In this document: in pieces, positions 11,036-22,999 of the stretch
How positions within the stretch are numbered: the first letter of the stretch is position 1
Layout: each line of letters begins with the position of its first letter
DNA from: Octopus bimaculoides
Taxonomy: Eukaryota
NCBI RefSeq assembly: GCF_001194135.2
Contig: NC_068981.1
Coordinates: 96,929,310 to 96,974,913 of the forward strand
DNA: 45,604 nt
Direction: 5' to 3'
Made by a program: the position numbers and the translations under genes
Notes under the pieces: generated by a model
What the model saw: the letters and a program-made list of their open reading frames with translations, nothing else
Told to the model about the DNA's origin: nothing
The model's database searches: none

Positions 11036-11929
11036 CTCCAAATAATAATGACAGTAACATCTGGAATAAGTTCTTTTTGCTTGTTTTTCGGTTTGGTTAT
11101 AAGTTATCATTTTTTTTTTTTCCTTTTTTTACAGTATTCTAAAAATATGTTCGCTTTCACGATAGTGGATTAGTTGATTCAGGCAAGTTGACGGACAACT
11201 CACAGTAGTGGATTTCATCCTTTTACTGTCTTAGTTCAAATATTCGCCCGAGATAAGATACAACTCTAGTCAATACTGGTCCATATAATCGATTTTCTTC
11301 TTCACTCAAAATCTATAATGTCGTACATAGATAGAAATCAATGTTCCTTTCCTCGAACTAATAATTTTTGAGTCTGTCGTATACAATGCTTTAGTTGGAC
11401 GAAGTTCATTGTTATGTTTTATATCACCTACATCTATAGAAACTAGCCTTTAGTTAAAACCAATTGTTTAGTTACTTAACTAATTCAAGCGACTACATAA
11501 CATCTGGTACTCTTTATACATAATGAGGGAAAAGCAAAACAAAAATAAAATAACAAAAAAGAGGGTAAAAAGACGAAGAACATCTGAATGTTTTTGTTGT
11601 TAAATCTTTTTGTAGTCTTTATGAATGGAAAGTTCTTATTTATGATCCTTGGAAATTAATCTTACCTCCGACATTGGTAACCTTTTAGAAGGCCGGTTTC
11701 AAAATGTCATTCGAATATATAGTTTCATGAAGTTTCATGAGAGTCTCCACAAGAGCATAACGGCGATTCCATATGACCTGTTCGTGAGAGAATATAGTTT
11801 GAAGGAATATAGCTTGTTCATAGCTAACAGAGTATTCTATTAACGTTGTTCAATATTTCACACGTTTTAGATATATGCTGCTAAATCTGGTTGAGATATA
11901 GCCAACGGAGAAGTTTCTACGCATTTACA

Positions 11930-12120
11930 GGACCTACAAGAAATAGCAGACAAATCTCTATAAATTACGCTCTACCGTCTTAAAAGATAGTGAAAGGTAA
12001 AGAATACACTGAATGATGAGAGTATATTTTCACATTTAAATACATATTACGACCAGATAATATCGTGATGCTACTGGAAGAATAGGATCATTAAGAAGAA
12101 AATCAGTTACAGCTAAAGAA
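11930..12120 (+). mobile_element. Repeat family H, degenerate copy
   Basis: 'gaaatagcagacaaatctctataaattacgctctaccgtcttaaaa'. Confidence 0.6.
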
Positions 12121-12134
12121 TCTTAAACATATTT

Positions 12135-12260
12135 ATATGCGGTTCCTTGGGCAAGGGACTTCTACTCTAGTCCGGAGCCGACCAATGCTTTGTGTGTGCA
12201 TTTGTTAGACAGAAGCGGTATGGAAGCCCGTCGTATATATGTGTGTGTGTGGTACGTGAT
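12135..12260 (+). mobile_element. SINE family E fragment
   Basis: 'ccttgggcaagggacttctactctag..gaccaatgctttgtg..ggaagcccgtcgtatatatgtgtg'. Confidence 0.7.
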
Positions 12261-13936
12261 TGTGCGTATATATGTATTTATCGATCTATCTATCTACCTA
12301 TATACAGGTATACCTCACCCTAAGTCGTTAATTGGTATCAGGAGACACGACTTAAGTCAAATTGTTCGTTTATAGGCTAGGCTAGGCCTGGCCTAGCCTA
12401 GTCTAAACTGCTAACAGGCCATTCCTCAGAGCTGTACTTTATTTATGAATACATTTTCGATAAGACATGGTTAATAAAAACCTATTTTATGTTTACAAAC
12501 AAAAGTATTTATTATTTTGTAATACAGTAAAAAAAAAAACTAAAGTATTTTAATTTTACCAATACATACAATTTGGTGGTGTTCACATCGCTAATAGCCT
12601 TTCCCCACTGCTCTACTTTATTTATGAATGCATTTTCAATAAGACACGGTTAATAAAAAACTATTTTAAGCTTACAAACAAATAATTATTATTTTGTAAA
12701 ACCTTAAAAGGAATCCCCTTCTCCTTATAATACTTCTCTGCTGCTGGGATAAAAATGATTAAAAAAACCAAGCTTCAAAAATAACAACAGTAACCTACGC
12801 TTTTGAATTAGTCATCCATATAACAGGGAGAGATGCTCTACCAACCATGAGGGGATTCTTTCTCTTTTCCTTTTTTACGTTTCGTTCGACGGTTTAGAAA
12901 TTTCTTTTAATTTTCAATTAGAATCAGTATGATATTGTGTGATACAGTCCCTCCGACAGGTTTCTAAATGGTTTTGGTCTGCTTAATTCACTCTCGACCC
13001 AAATCTATGGTAAAGCACATATCCAAGTTGCCACAAAGTAAAATTGGAGCCAAAACCACTTTGTTTTAAAGGCATAGGTCAAACTTTTAGGCTGTTGTCC
13101 CTAGACTGATATCCGGCTAGCTTAATTAAATTTTGCCAGTCCAGTATATCACATGATACATAGGACATATTTCCCGGGCATCCACGCACCATATATAATA
13201 CACATTCCCTTTTTTTTTTTTTTCAACTATTAGAGTAACTTGGGACTTATCAAAGCAAAAGCTTTATATTACTCATAACAAAGGGCAAACTAAAAGTCTG
13301 AAAACAAGCTCGAACGTTCAGGACAAATTTATGAATAGGCAGGCTTTGGACATACAAAGGGTTGATTTCATTTTAGTAGACAACATTTACAGTTGTAAAA
13401 AAAGTGTGGTTGATTTGAAAGAAACGTTAGACAACTGAATTATCAAGCAGTCTTTAGATTCACCAGTTTTTGTTTTAATTCAATTCGAGTAGATATTGCT
13501 TTTCATCTCTACAACAGCAATAAAATAAACATCAGAAACATTTTGAAGCGATTGNNNNNNNNNNNNNNNNNNNNNNNNNNNNNNNNNNNNNNNNNNNNNN
13601 NNNNNNNNNNNNNNNNNNNNNNNNNNNNNNNNNNNNNNNNNNNNNNNNNNNNNNNNNNNNNNNNNNNNNNNNNNNNNNNNNNNNNNNNNNNNNNNNNNNN
13701 NNNNNNNNNNNNNNNNNNNNNNNNNNNNNNNNNNNNNNNNNNNNNNNNNNNNNNNNNNNNNNNNNNNNNNNNNNNNNNNNNNNNNNNNNNNNNNNNNNNN
13801 NNNNNNNNNNNNNNNNNNNNNNNNNNNNNNNNNNNNNNNNNNNNNNNNNNNNNNNNNNNNNNNNNNNNNNNNNNNNNNNNNNNNNNNNNNNNNNNNNNNN
13901 NNNNNNNNNNNNNNNNNNNNNNNNNNNNNNNNNNNN

Positions 13937-13991
<55 letters not shown>

Positions 13992-14924
13992 ATGTGTGTG
14001 TGTGGCGTGATTGGTTCATTATTTATAATCCGCTTCTAATTAATATTTCGCATTATCAATAATCCACTTATTTCATCACTGATGCCTGTATAATTATTGC
14101 TGTTAGATTCCTTGTTTTATTTTGGTTGGTTATTTCTTCTTTACTTATTGTGCCCACAGAGAGATGGTGAAAGGATTGGACGGGGATGTGATGTGAACGA
14201 TCGTTTCTTGATCCCTTCATGTAGCCGTTTTCAAGGGGGATACACACGGACGGACGGACGGACGGACGGACGGACGGACGGACGGACGGACAGACAGACA
14301 GACAGACACAGAGAGAAAGAAGGGGGAAATCGAACCTAGTACTTGACGGGAACTTTACTTGTGAGTCTTGGATATAACTTTAAACTGCACCCGGTTGTAG
14401 GGCCTTGATTCTGAAATTCCAGGGTTTTGAGAAGTATGCAGCCATCTATTTACCACTATTATTCTCATGTCTACTCTGCCAAAGAGGGTCCCATCAATGT
14501 GTTAATTGGTGTATTAGGGTTTTCCCACCTGTACATGTGAAAACTGGAATCGTTGGACTCTGCAGAAGAAATTTCATGGATCAACGGTGGAGAAGGCAGT
14601 TGCAGCAACGCATTATGAGATGCAGGGAGCAAGACAAGGCAAGTAAGAAAACTTGAACATCCACTGCACTTGTCTACATCCCCAGTTGTCTTGACTCAGT
14701 CTTGCCAATGGATTGGAGATGGTCACGGACGAAAGGATGAGGTTGACGGTGCACGAATCTTCACTTTAAACAAAATCACTGTGCAAATCACCAGTCAACC
14801 TTAAGAATGTCTAGAAGCTCCTCGTCGCTCCGACGGTCGAACACATGGCTTGTGAAGCCCGAAGGGTTAAAAGGGAAAGCTGGTTTCAGCAGGATTTGAA
14901 TTCAAATACCTCGGTAATATTTAT

Positions 14925-15230
14925 TCCAATCTTCTCGCACTCTCTAAGTTCAATTCATGCTGAGATCAACTTTGCTTTTAATCCTTCCGGGATCGAAAAA
15001 TAAGATACTAAACTCGAAAGGTTAACTGGCAGAACTATTAGGACGTCGGACAGAATGCTTCGTGGTGTTTGTTCCGGCTTTTTGTGTTCTGAGTTCAAAT
15101 CTCGCCGAAGTCAACTTCAATTTTCATCCTTTCGAATTCGATGGAATAGAGTACCAGTCAAGTACTGATGGTTCGATATACTCTATAAAACCCACCTCTC
15201 AAAACTCAGACTTCATTTTAAAATTAGAAA
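14925..15230 (+). mobile_element. Two tandem degenerate family D SINEs, followed by (GTA)n at 15231-15291
   Basis: Two Nin/Deu-like blocks (~14970 and ~15120), each preceded by a gttca B-box remnant. Confidence 0.7.
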
Positions 15231-15231
15231 C

Positions 15232-15291
<60 letters not shown>

Positions 15292-15503
15292 TATTGTGTC
15301 ACGAACAGGAAACGAAAGTACAAAAACGTCAGATGGAGAAAAGAATCGAGAAATGAAAATATGAGCCGGAGTGGTTTTAGAATGATGAAGAGACACAAAG
15401 GTAGGACATGCAAAGGAGTAATAAGGTGTATCACTTGGGAGCAGATGACGCTAGTAATAGAAAAAGAGAGAGTGAGAGAAATAAAAAGTGAGAGAGAGAG
15501 CCT

Positions 15504-15585
<82 letters not shown>

Positions 15586-16014
15586 CGGTGGAAATAGCAG
15601 CAAACGAGATGAATACCAGTCAACGATGGTAATGCTGAAATCAAAAGTCTGTGTCTGAAGTTGATAGAGATCGATAAACATAAGAAACGATCTGGTTGGT
15701 CTACAATATTTCCAGGAAGAAAAGACTACGTACGACGTATTGAAAATAGGGTCGTGAGAAAGTGAGGAGCAGAGGAGGTGGGAGATGGTGATTGAAACTT
15801 GAAGGTTGAGTGATGTAACGGTGTATGGTATGTTGCAGTGCGATGATAAACGGGATCAATGGAAATGCGTTGTTTGATGTAAGAGAAATGTAGGTTGTAT
15901 TAGGAGAAGAGTACTGAGGGACTGGTGATATTGCGGTGCAGCTACGACTGCTGTCATTGTTCCTAATGGTGGCGATGATGTTGGTATTGTTGTTTTATAT
16001 ATATGTGTGTGTAT

Positions 16015-16330
16015 AGTTCAGTGGATGGAGTATCGGGCTTACAATCACGGAATTGTGGGTTAGATTCCCGGACCAGGTTGTGTGTTGTGCTCTTGAGCAA
16101 GACACTTTATTTCACATTACTCCAGTTCACTCAGCTGTAGAAATGAGTCACTGGTGCCAAGCTGTATCGGCCTTTGCCTTCCGCTTGGATAACATCGGTG
16201 GCGTGGAAAGGAGAGACTGGTATGCATGGACGACTTGCTGGTCTTCCATAGACAACCTTATCCGGACTTGTGCCTTAGAGGGGAACTTTCTAGGTGCAAT
16301 CCCATGGTTTTTCGTAACCAAAGGGTGTCT
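16015..16330 (+). mobile_element. CORE-like SINE family F (same core as B/C, third tail type)
   Basis: 'gtgttgtgctcttgagcaagacactttatttcacattactccagttcactcagctgtagaaatgagt' followed by a tail unlike A/B or C. Confidence 0.8.
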
Positions 16331-16404
16331 TAAAATATACGCATGCATATATACACTCACACATATATGTATATATATATACTTACGCATGCATATATGT
16401 ATGC

Positions 16405-16447
<43 letters not shown>

Positions 16448-16560
16448 AAATAGAGGGGATCATTTAGAGCAAGGCAAATTATTTCTGGCTGATTACATAC
16501 TTCTAAAAGAATTCCAGGTAGTTCAACTGTTCTGATCAGCAGTCAATATAAATGTAGTGG

Positions 16561-17120
16561 TCAGCAATCTAGGGCATCGTGCATATCTGAACGTAATTGT
16601 TTTGCAGAATTTATTAAATAGGCAATATAAAAACTTCTGTATCTGACAATCATGGATGGAGCACTGTCATTAGCATAAGCTATTATACTTCTGAGGAGAA
16701 TATTATGTTCCACGAAATAAGTTACAACATCTTTGAAAATTGTTTTGCCTTTAGTGTCTGTTTTAAGACGTCTGGCAAAAAGAATTTCCTCTCTGAATTT
16801 ATTACCATCCAAAAACGATCATATGCCAATAAAATAGCTTTACTTTCTTTCAGGGTAGATTCATCAAGTTGAAGAGGAAATTTCTGTACTTATAATTTGG
16901 CTACTAGTTGCTTTTCTACATCTTAGCCATTTCAGCAATGCACCGTGACACTGATGAGTTGCTTAAAGGAATCTTACAAGTAATTTCATTAGCATTTTGT
17001 TTCATAAATGATGAAATTATGACAGATACCGCAGGCGAAATTGCCACCAATATCATAGGGTTTCCCAACCTTGGCTATAATTTTAGAAATTTCATAGTAT
17101 GCCAGTCAACCATTATTTTT
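16561..17120 (-). mobile_element. hAT-Charlie (SCAND3/ZBED8-like) transposase remnant
   Basis: Frameshifted translation YEISKIIAKVGKPY..IPLSNSSVSRCIAEMA..FPLQLDESTLKESKAILLAY..EEILFARRLKTDTKG..AYANDSAPSM retains the LDES and DGAPSM-like catalytic motifs. Confidence 0.88.
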
Positions 17121-17134
17121 ACATAATTGATTAC

Positions 17135-17398
17135 TAAACAAGAGTTCTCAGAGAGCGCCAACCTCCGCCAGGGCAACACCAACGTATTCTCAACGATTAG
17201 CCAGAGATGATTTTTAAAATGAGAATATCTGAAATAAACTCGACTGCTCTCACAAACAATAATACTAAAAATGAACCCGACCGCTCTCAAAAATTAAGTT
17301 AAAAACAGGAAAAATAATCCAGAATCCTTGTCCGCTACCGGATCGGTCCCAAAATCTAATCAGTTCGTGCCAGTCACGTGGCTAAACATCCCTGAAAA
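17135..17398 (+). mobile_element. 5' half of a non-autonomous element, probably Helentron-associated (HINE/DINE-like)
   Basis: Starts taaacaagag..aacctccgccagggc (subterminal-IR-like motif of HINEs); 'ggatcggtcccaaaatctaatcagttcgtgccagtcac' body; 3' end absent. Class assignment is from recalled family features. Confidence 0.5.
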
Positions 17399-17400
17399 CC

Positions 17401-17490
17401 GCACCAAGCGTTCTGCTGCTTCGTTTGTAGTTGGATGGTATGGTGCACCATACCATCCAACTACAAACGAAGCAGCAGAACGTTTGGTGC
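17401..17490. repeat. 90-bp spacerless palindrome
   Basis: 45-bp arms with 44/45 pairs (G17408:T17483 mismatch); centre between 17445 and 17446. Confidence 0.97.
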
Positions 17491-17976
17491 AGTCTTTCAA
17501 GCAAGCACTAAGAAGGTATTTTCTGATCCCAAAACGAGCTCTTCAGAAGTTTTTGATGCAGTACCGGAGAACGCTGACATCCTGTGGACTCTTTCCAAGC
17601 GAACTCTTGGCAGATTCGGACTAGGATTGACTCTCTGCTGCCCTCTCCAGCACACATAGCTCAGGGCAAGCAATCCAAGGTCTCATCAAAGGCGGAGATG
17701 ATAACAGACTCAGGTGTCACCAAGGTAAGCAAACAGCACAAGACTGATGACCCTGTATATGCACTGTGCTATGGACCTCGCCGTGACACGCAGCCCCGAC
17801 GGGTAGTAGCAGTCGTCATGAAGTCTTTGGGTACTCGCTGCTTCGACGTCAAGTTTTTTCCTCGTGACCCAGTATGGAGACGACACTGGGAACAACTACG
17901 TCCACGCTACGCTTCTGCAGAGGACTGCAAACCTGGCAATGAGACTGACAATATTTTCGAGATCGCTAGCCAATAG
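17446..17976 (+). mobile_element. Gypsy/Ty3 integrase C-terminal fragment (K02A2.6-like)
   Basis: APYHPTTNEAAERLVQSFKQAL..FLMQYRRT..PSELL, then with a frameshift RQIRTRIDSLLPS..DPVYA..VWRRHWEQLRPRY. Confidence 0.92.
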
Positions 17977-18208
17977 AATTCAAAGTTCTGGAACTCACAA
18001 GAACGTTCACAAGGCGTCTCAATTTTTGGTTTACGTTATTATTACAGTCTTGTATTTTACAGTTGGAATAAATAGACTTCACACCTATCTGGAGTACCAC
18101 CGTGTTTTCTTCTTTGTGAGTAAACGAGAGAAGTATATTGAACCACAGACGAAACACCTATCTGGATTATTACTCTATTCTTTGTAAGTAAACTAGAGAA
18201 ATATAACA

Positions 18209-18650
18209 GTTACAGCAAATATTCTGCTCAATACCACACATTTGCTTGTCAGTTGTTTGACATTAACCAGTTGAGTATATCCCTTAGTAGCTGACGATAT
18301 GTACATCTCTGATCACGAGCAGAAGTAGTGGGGGAGCATCATAGCCATGGGTTGAGAGGAATTCTTTGGAGTTTGAATAATTTCCGTCTAGAAACAAGAC
18401 TGTTTCGTCCAACATCCTTAAAAACGCTTATTCAGGGACCTTTTGAGTGGGATGGATACTCGACCTAAAGAAAATTCTCACCTGCAAGGCCATGCGCTGT
18501 TTATTTTCATATGAGATCACCATGTCGCGCTCATATGGTTGTGATGCATGTGCCTAATGTACCCTTATCAGATGGGTAATCATAATGGGTATACTGAGCT
18601 TCGTATAACTTTGATGGTGTGCACTGCTCTTTCACTCAATAATAATAATA
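18209..18650 (+). mobile_element. Non-coding repeat family G with (AAT)n tail, copy 1 (5' shorter)
   Basis: Homologous to 22161-22552 (cagcaaatat..gaccttttga..gaaaattct..tcacctgcaaggccatgcg..gtgatgcatgtg..ctcactcAATAAT). Confidence 0.85.
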
Positions 18651-18652
18651 AA

Positions 18653-18685
<33 letters not shown>

Positions 18686-18887
18686 AGGTACAAGGCCTGA
18701 AATTACTGGGGTAGGGGGATTAGTCAATTACATCGACCCCAGTGTTTCACTGGTATTTAATTTATCGACCCCGAAAGAATGAAAGGCAAGGTCGACCTCG
18801 GCGGAATTTGAACTCAGAACGTAGCGGCAAACGAAATACCGCTAAGCATTTCGCCCGACGTGCTAACGATAATGCCAGCTCACCACC

Positions 18888-18890
<3 letters not shown>
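18653..18890 (-). mobile_element. SINE family D with (AAT)n tail on minus strand
   Basis: Full head, B box and Nin/Deu-like block. Confidence 0.9.
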
Positions 18891-18926
<36 letters not shown>

Positions 18927-19323
18927 NNNNNNNNNNNNNNNNNNNNNNNNNNNNNNNNNNNNNNNNNNNNNNNNNNNNNNNNNNNNNNNNNNNNNNNNNN
19001 NNNNNNNNNNNNNNNNNNNNNNNNNNNNNNNNNNNNNNNNNNNNNNNNNNNNNNNNNNNNNNNNNNNNNNNNNNNNNNNNNNNNNNNNNNNNNNNNNNNN
19101 NNNNNNNNNNNNNNNNNNNNNNNNNNNNNNNNNNNNNNNNNNNNNNNNNNNNNNNNNNNNNNNNNNNNNNNNNNNNNNNNNNNNNNNNNNNNNNNNNNNN
19201 NNNNNNNNNNNNNNNNNNNNNNNNNNNNNNNNNNNNNNNNNNNNNNNNNNNNNNNNNNNNNNNNNNNNNNNNNNNNNNNNNNNNNNNNNNNNNNNNNNNN
19301 NNNNNNNNNNNNNNNNNNNNNNN

Positions 19324-19403
<80 letters not shown>
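18891..19403. repeat. (AAT)n array spanning an N gap
   Basis: Directly visible on both sides of gap 18927-19323. Confidence 0.95.
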
Positions 19404-19405
<2 letters not shown>

Positions 19406-19752
19406 CGATGTATCAATACCAACAGATGACAACGTTTCTCTAAAAGAAACGGAGAAACTTTCAAAATACAAAGATCTGGAAATACAGGTAACTCGAATGA
19501 GGAGCCAAAATCCAGAAACAATTCCTATTATAGTAGACGCATTAGATATGGTAAAAAAAGCATTCAGACAGATACATGACAAAAACACCAAGACTTACAA
19601 GTATATATAACATACAGAAAATTGCACTACCAGGCACCGCATACATCCTATGTAAGACACTTTCTATACAGTGAAAATAAGAGCACCACAACAATTCACA
19701 GCACATACCCAAGGCACACAGAGCTGCACTCGGTAGTGCAGTGAAAGCGCGT
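19404..19752 (+). mobile_element. R4/Dong-clade LINE family 1, 5'-truncated (RLE C-terminus and 3' UTR)
   Basis: IDVSIPTDDNVSLKETEKLSKYKDLEI..TIPIIVDALDMVKK, then frameshifted NIQKIALPGTAYILCKTLSIQ*; matches the (D)xxxP..KxxKYxxL restriction-like endonuclease end. Confidence 0.85.
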
Positions 19753-19818
19753 GAGAAGAAGAAGAAGAAGAAGAAGAAGAAGAAGAAGAAGAAGAAGAAG
19801 AAGAAGAAGAAGAAGAAG

Positions 19819-21977
19819 AGAGGGCTCCATGAAAGGATAATGCAACAGCTTGATGAGTGCTTGCGGGAAGGCGCAGTACCCAGCTGGATGTCAAAAGGAA
19901 AGACATTGTTATGTGCCAAGGATCCTGAAAAGGGAAACGTTGCATCCAACGTTCGACAAATAACGTGCTTTCCGCTAATGTGGAAACTAATGTCAGGTGC
20001 TTTGGCTGGTGAACTGTAGAGATACTTGAAAAAATGTGATCTGCTGTCTATTGAACAAAAAGGGTGCCGAAAGAAGAGCCGAGGAACGGAGGATTAGCTT
20101 TTAATTGATAATCTAATTATCAGGAACTGCAAAAGAAGACACACAAACCCGAGCATGGCATGGGTTGACTATCGTAAAGCATACGATATGATACCACACT
20201 CCTGGATAATAAGAACAATAGAAATATATGGAGTAGCAGAAAATATGAGAAGCCTTATATGGAATAGCATGAAATGCTGGGGAAAGGAATTGACAGCAGG
20301 GAATCAAGTATTAGGAGAGGTGAAAATCAAGAGAGGAATCTTCTAACGGGACAGTGTGTCCCCACTGATCTTCGTGCTGGGAATGATCCTCTTGAGAGAA
20401 ATTCTAAAGTTGGGATATGATCTAGGAAGAGGTAAGGGAAAACTGAACCACTTGCTATTCATGGACGACCTGAAGCTATTCACAAAGACTGAGGTAGAAC
20501 TGGACAGCCTAGTCCAGTCTGTGCAGATTTTCTCCAATGATATTAAGATGGCGTTTGGACTCTCAAAATGTGCTACGATGGTGATGAGACGAGGAAAGCT
20601 TGTCAAGACAGAAGGCATATGGTTGCTAAGTGGTGAAATGCTGAAAGCAATTCAACCTCAATCCAGCTATAAATACCTGGGAATACTTGAAGCAGATGGA
20701 ATCAAACACCAAGACATGAAGGTAAAGACAAAAAGAGAGTACCTGCGACGAGTGAGAAAAATACTGACTTCAAAGCTGAATGTCAGAAACGTAATTTCAG
20801 CAATAAACTCGCGCGCAGTCGCAGTAGTTCGATATGACGCTGGAATCCTCAAGTGGACAGAGGAGGAGTTAAGGAGATGGATAAGAAGTCAAGAAAACTC
20901 TTAACGGTGCATGGAGGTTATCATCCACGTGTAGACACTGATCGCCTATACATGAAGAGAGCAAATGGAGGGAGAGAACTGATAAGTGTGGAAGACTGCG
21001 TGCGTATCGAACTCGAGAGCTTAATGAGATATCAAACCCAAAGTAAGGAAACCTTGCTAGTGACAGTTAGGAAAGCAGAGAAAAAGGGGGAAAAGGAAGA
21101 AGTACAAAAAGGACATGAAGAAGAATTACGCAAGAAGGGACTACACAATTAATTCCATGTAGCCATAACAGAAGTTGCTGAGAAAAATAGGTGGAATTGA
21201 CTGATGAAAGGGACACTAAAAAAAAAACCGTGAGCACTATACTGGCAGCGCAAGACCAAGCTTTGGCCACGAACTGGAGGGTCAACAATGAGCAAGTGTC
21301 TCCGCTGTGACGCATCTGCAATAGAGTGAATGAAACCATTGCCCATGTCACGAACGAATGCCCTAGACTTGCCCAAAACCATTACAAGTTGTGGCGACAT
21401 GATCAGGTAGCGAAAGTGCTCCACTGGAAACTGTGCAAAAAGTGGGAGGCTAGAGAGAGGCAAGACGTGGTATGAGTACTAACCGTAAAGAGTGGCGGAG
21501 TCGGAGACTAGCAAAATCCTCTGGGATTTCCCCATCAAAACAGATCAGGTGCTAGAGCATAACAGACCGGACCTAATGGTGGTGGACAAGGTGCACCACA
21601 TATGCTATATAATCAATGCTGCATGCCCCTTTGGCCCACGAATAGTCAAGAAGGAAGGCGAAAAGATAGATAAATACAACCCTCTTAAGTACGAAATAGC
21701 CCGGCTATCGAAAAGGAAGAAGGTTAAGATAGTGCCAATTATTGTTGGATCCTCTGGAACAGTATCAGAAGACATCAAGGGGAATATAAAAGAAATTTGA
21801 ATAGAGTGCCCAGTAGAACTGTTACTAAAGGTTTGCCTCCTTGACACGACCAGATTAATCAGGAAAGCATTAGAGAGCTGAAAAGAAAGAATAGATTGGT
21901 ACCGCAGGCTGCAGACAACAAGCCCGCTACGCATGCAAGACTCTAGGAGCTCCAACAAAACCTGTGATATAAAGAAA
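19819..21977 (+). mobile_element. R4/Dong-clade LINE family 2, 5'-truncated, with RT, CCHC knuckle and RLE; multiple stops and frameshifts; preceded by (GAA)n at 19755-19818
   Basis: RT motifs AWVDYRKAYDMIPHSW, KRGIF*xDSVSPL, NHLLFMDDLKLF, FGLSKC, YKYLG; DRLYMKRANGGR; knuckle SPL*RIC..ETIAHVTNECP; RLE NRPDLMVVDK..IINAACP..EKIDKYNPLK; stop at 21879-21881; 3' UTR then (AAT)n. Confidence 0.95.
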
Positions 21978-21994
21978 TAATAATAATAATAATA

Positions 21995-22028
<34 letters not shown>

Positions 22029-22084
22029 CGACGACGACGACGACGACGACGACAACAACAACAACAACAATAATAATAATAATG

Positions 22085-22160
<76 letters not shown>
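21978..22160. repeat. Compound trinucleotide (AAT)-(GAT)-(GAC)-(AAC)-(AAT)
   Basis: Directly visible. Confidence 0.97.
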
Positions 22161-22161
<1 letters not shown>

Positions 22162-22552
22162 GCACCAGGCAGTAGCTCTCGTGGCTTCTGATCTTAACAG
22201 ATTGGAAGTGTTAACATGTACATGTTTTGTCTTGGTGTAAAAGATGAGTTATAGCAAATATGCTGCTGAATACCACAGATTTTCTTGCCAGTTGTTTGAG
22301 CATCATCCTTAAACAAACCTTATTCAGAGACCTTTTGAATGGGATGTGCTACTTGACCTGAAGAAAATTCTAACTGGGCCTCACCTGCAAGGCCATGCGT
22401 TATCTTGATATGAGACCATCATGTTGCGCACATACGGTTGTGATGCATGTGCTTGGTGTACTCTTATCAGACGGGTACTCATGATGGGTATATTGGGCTT
22501 CGTGTATTTGAACCCCAGTATCATTTTGATGGCATGCGCTGCTCTCTCACTC
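22161..22552 (+). mobile_element. Repeat family G, copy 2, flanked on both sides by (AAT)n
   Basis: Begins immediately after (AAT)n and ends ctcactc(AAT)n (22553-22600); internal deletion relative to copy 1. Confidence 0.85.
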
Positions 22553-22601
<49 letters not shown>

Positions 22602-22780
22602 GAGTCAAAATTAAAAGAAGAGTGCCATTTGCTATCTCGTGAACAATATTTCGACATCTTGCGTGTCTTCCACTGGTTCAAAAAATAAATTTGTCAATCT
22701 ACTTCATTTTCGTTTATATAGAAAGGATTGAGGTAACTCCTCCTGAAGATATAGAGTCAAAATTAAAAGAAGAGTGCCAA

Positions 22781-22904
22781 TGCGCAACTGGTATTTATTT
22801 GGTCGACCCTGAAAGGATGAAAGGCAAAGTCGACCTCGGCGGAATTTGAACTCAGAACGTAGCGACGGGCGAAATACCACTAAGCATTTAGTCCAGCGCA
22901 CTAA
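22781..22904 (-). mobile_element. SINE family D, central fragment
   Basis: Nin/Deu-like block and B box. Confidence 0.85.
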
Positions 22905-22919
22905 ATAATAATAATGATA

Positions 22920-22963
<44 letters not shown>

Positions 22964-22999
22964 ATCGAAATTAATGTAGTGCCAACGGCAAGACAAAGA

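Noticed and set aside
14405-14870. GC-richer stretch with open frames ending in cgaagggttaa
   Set aside because: No protein motif recognised; it may be a piggyBac end, but no left TIR is visible.
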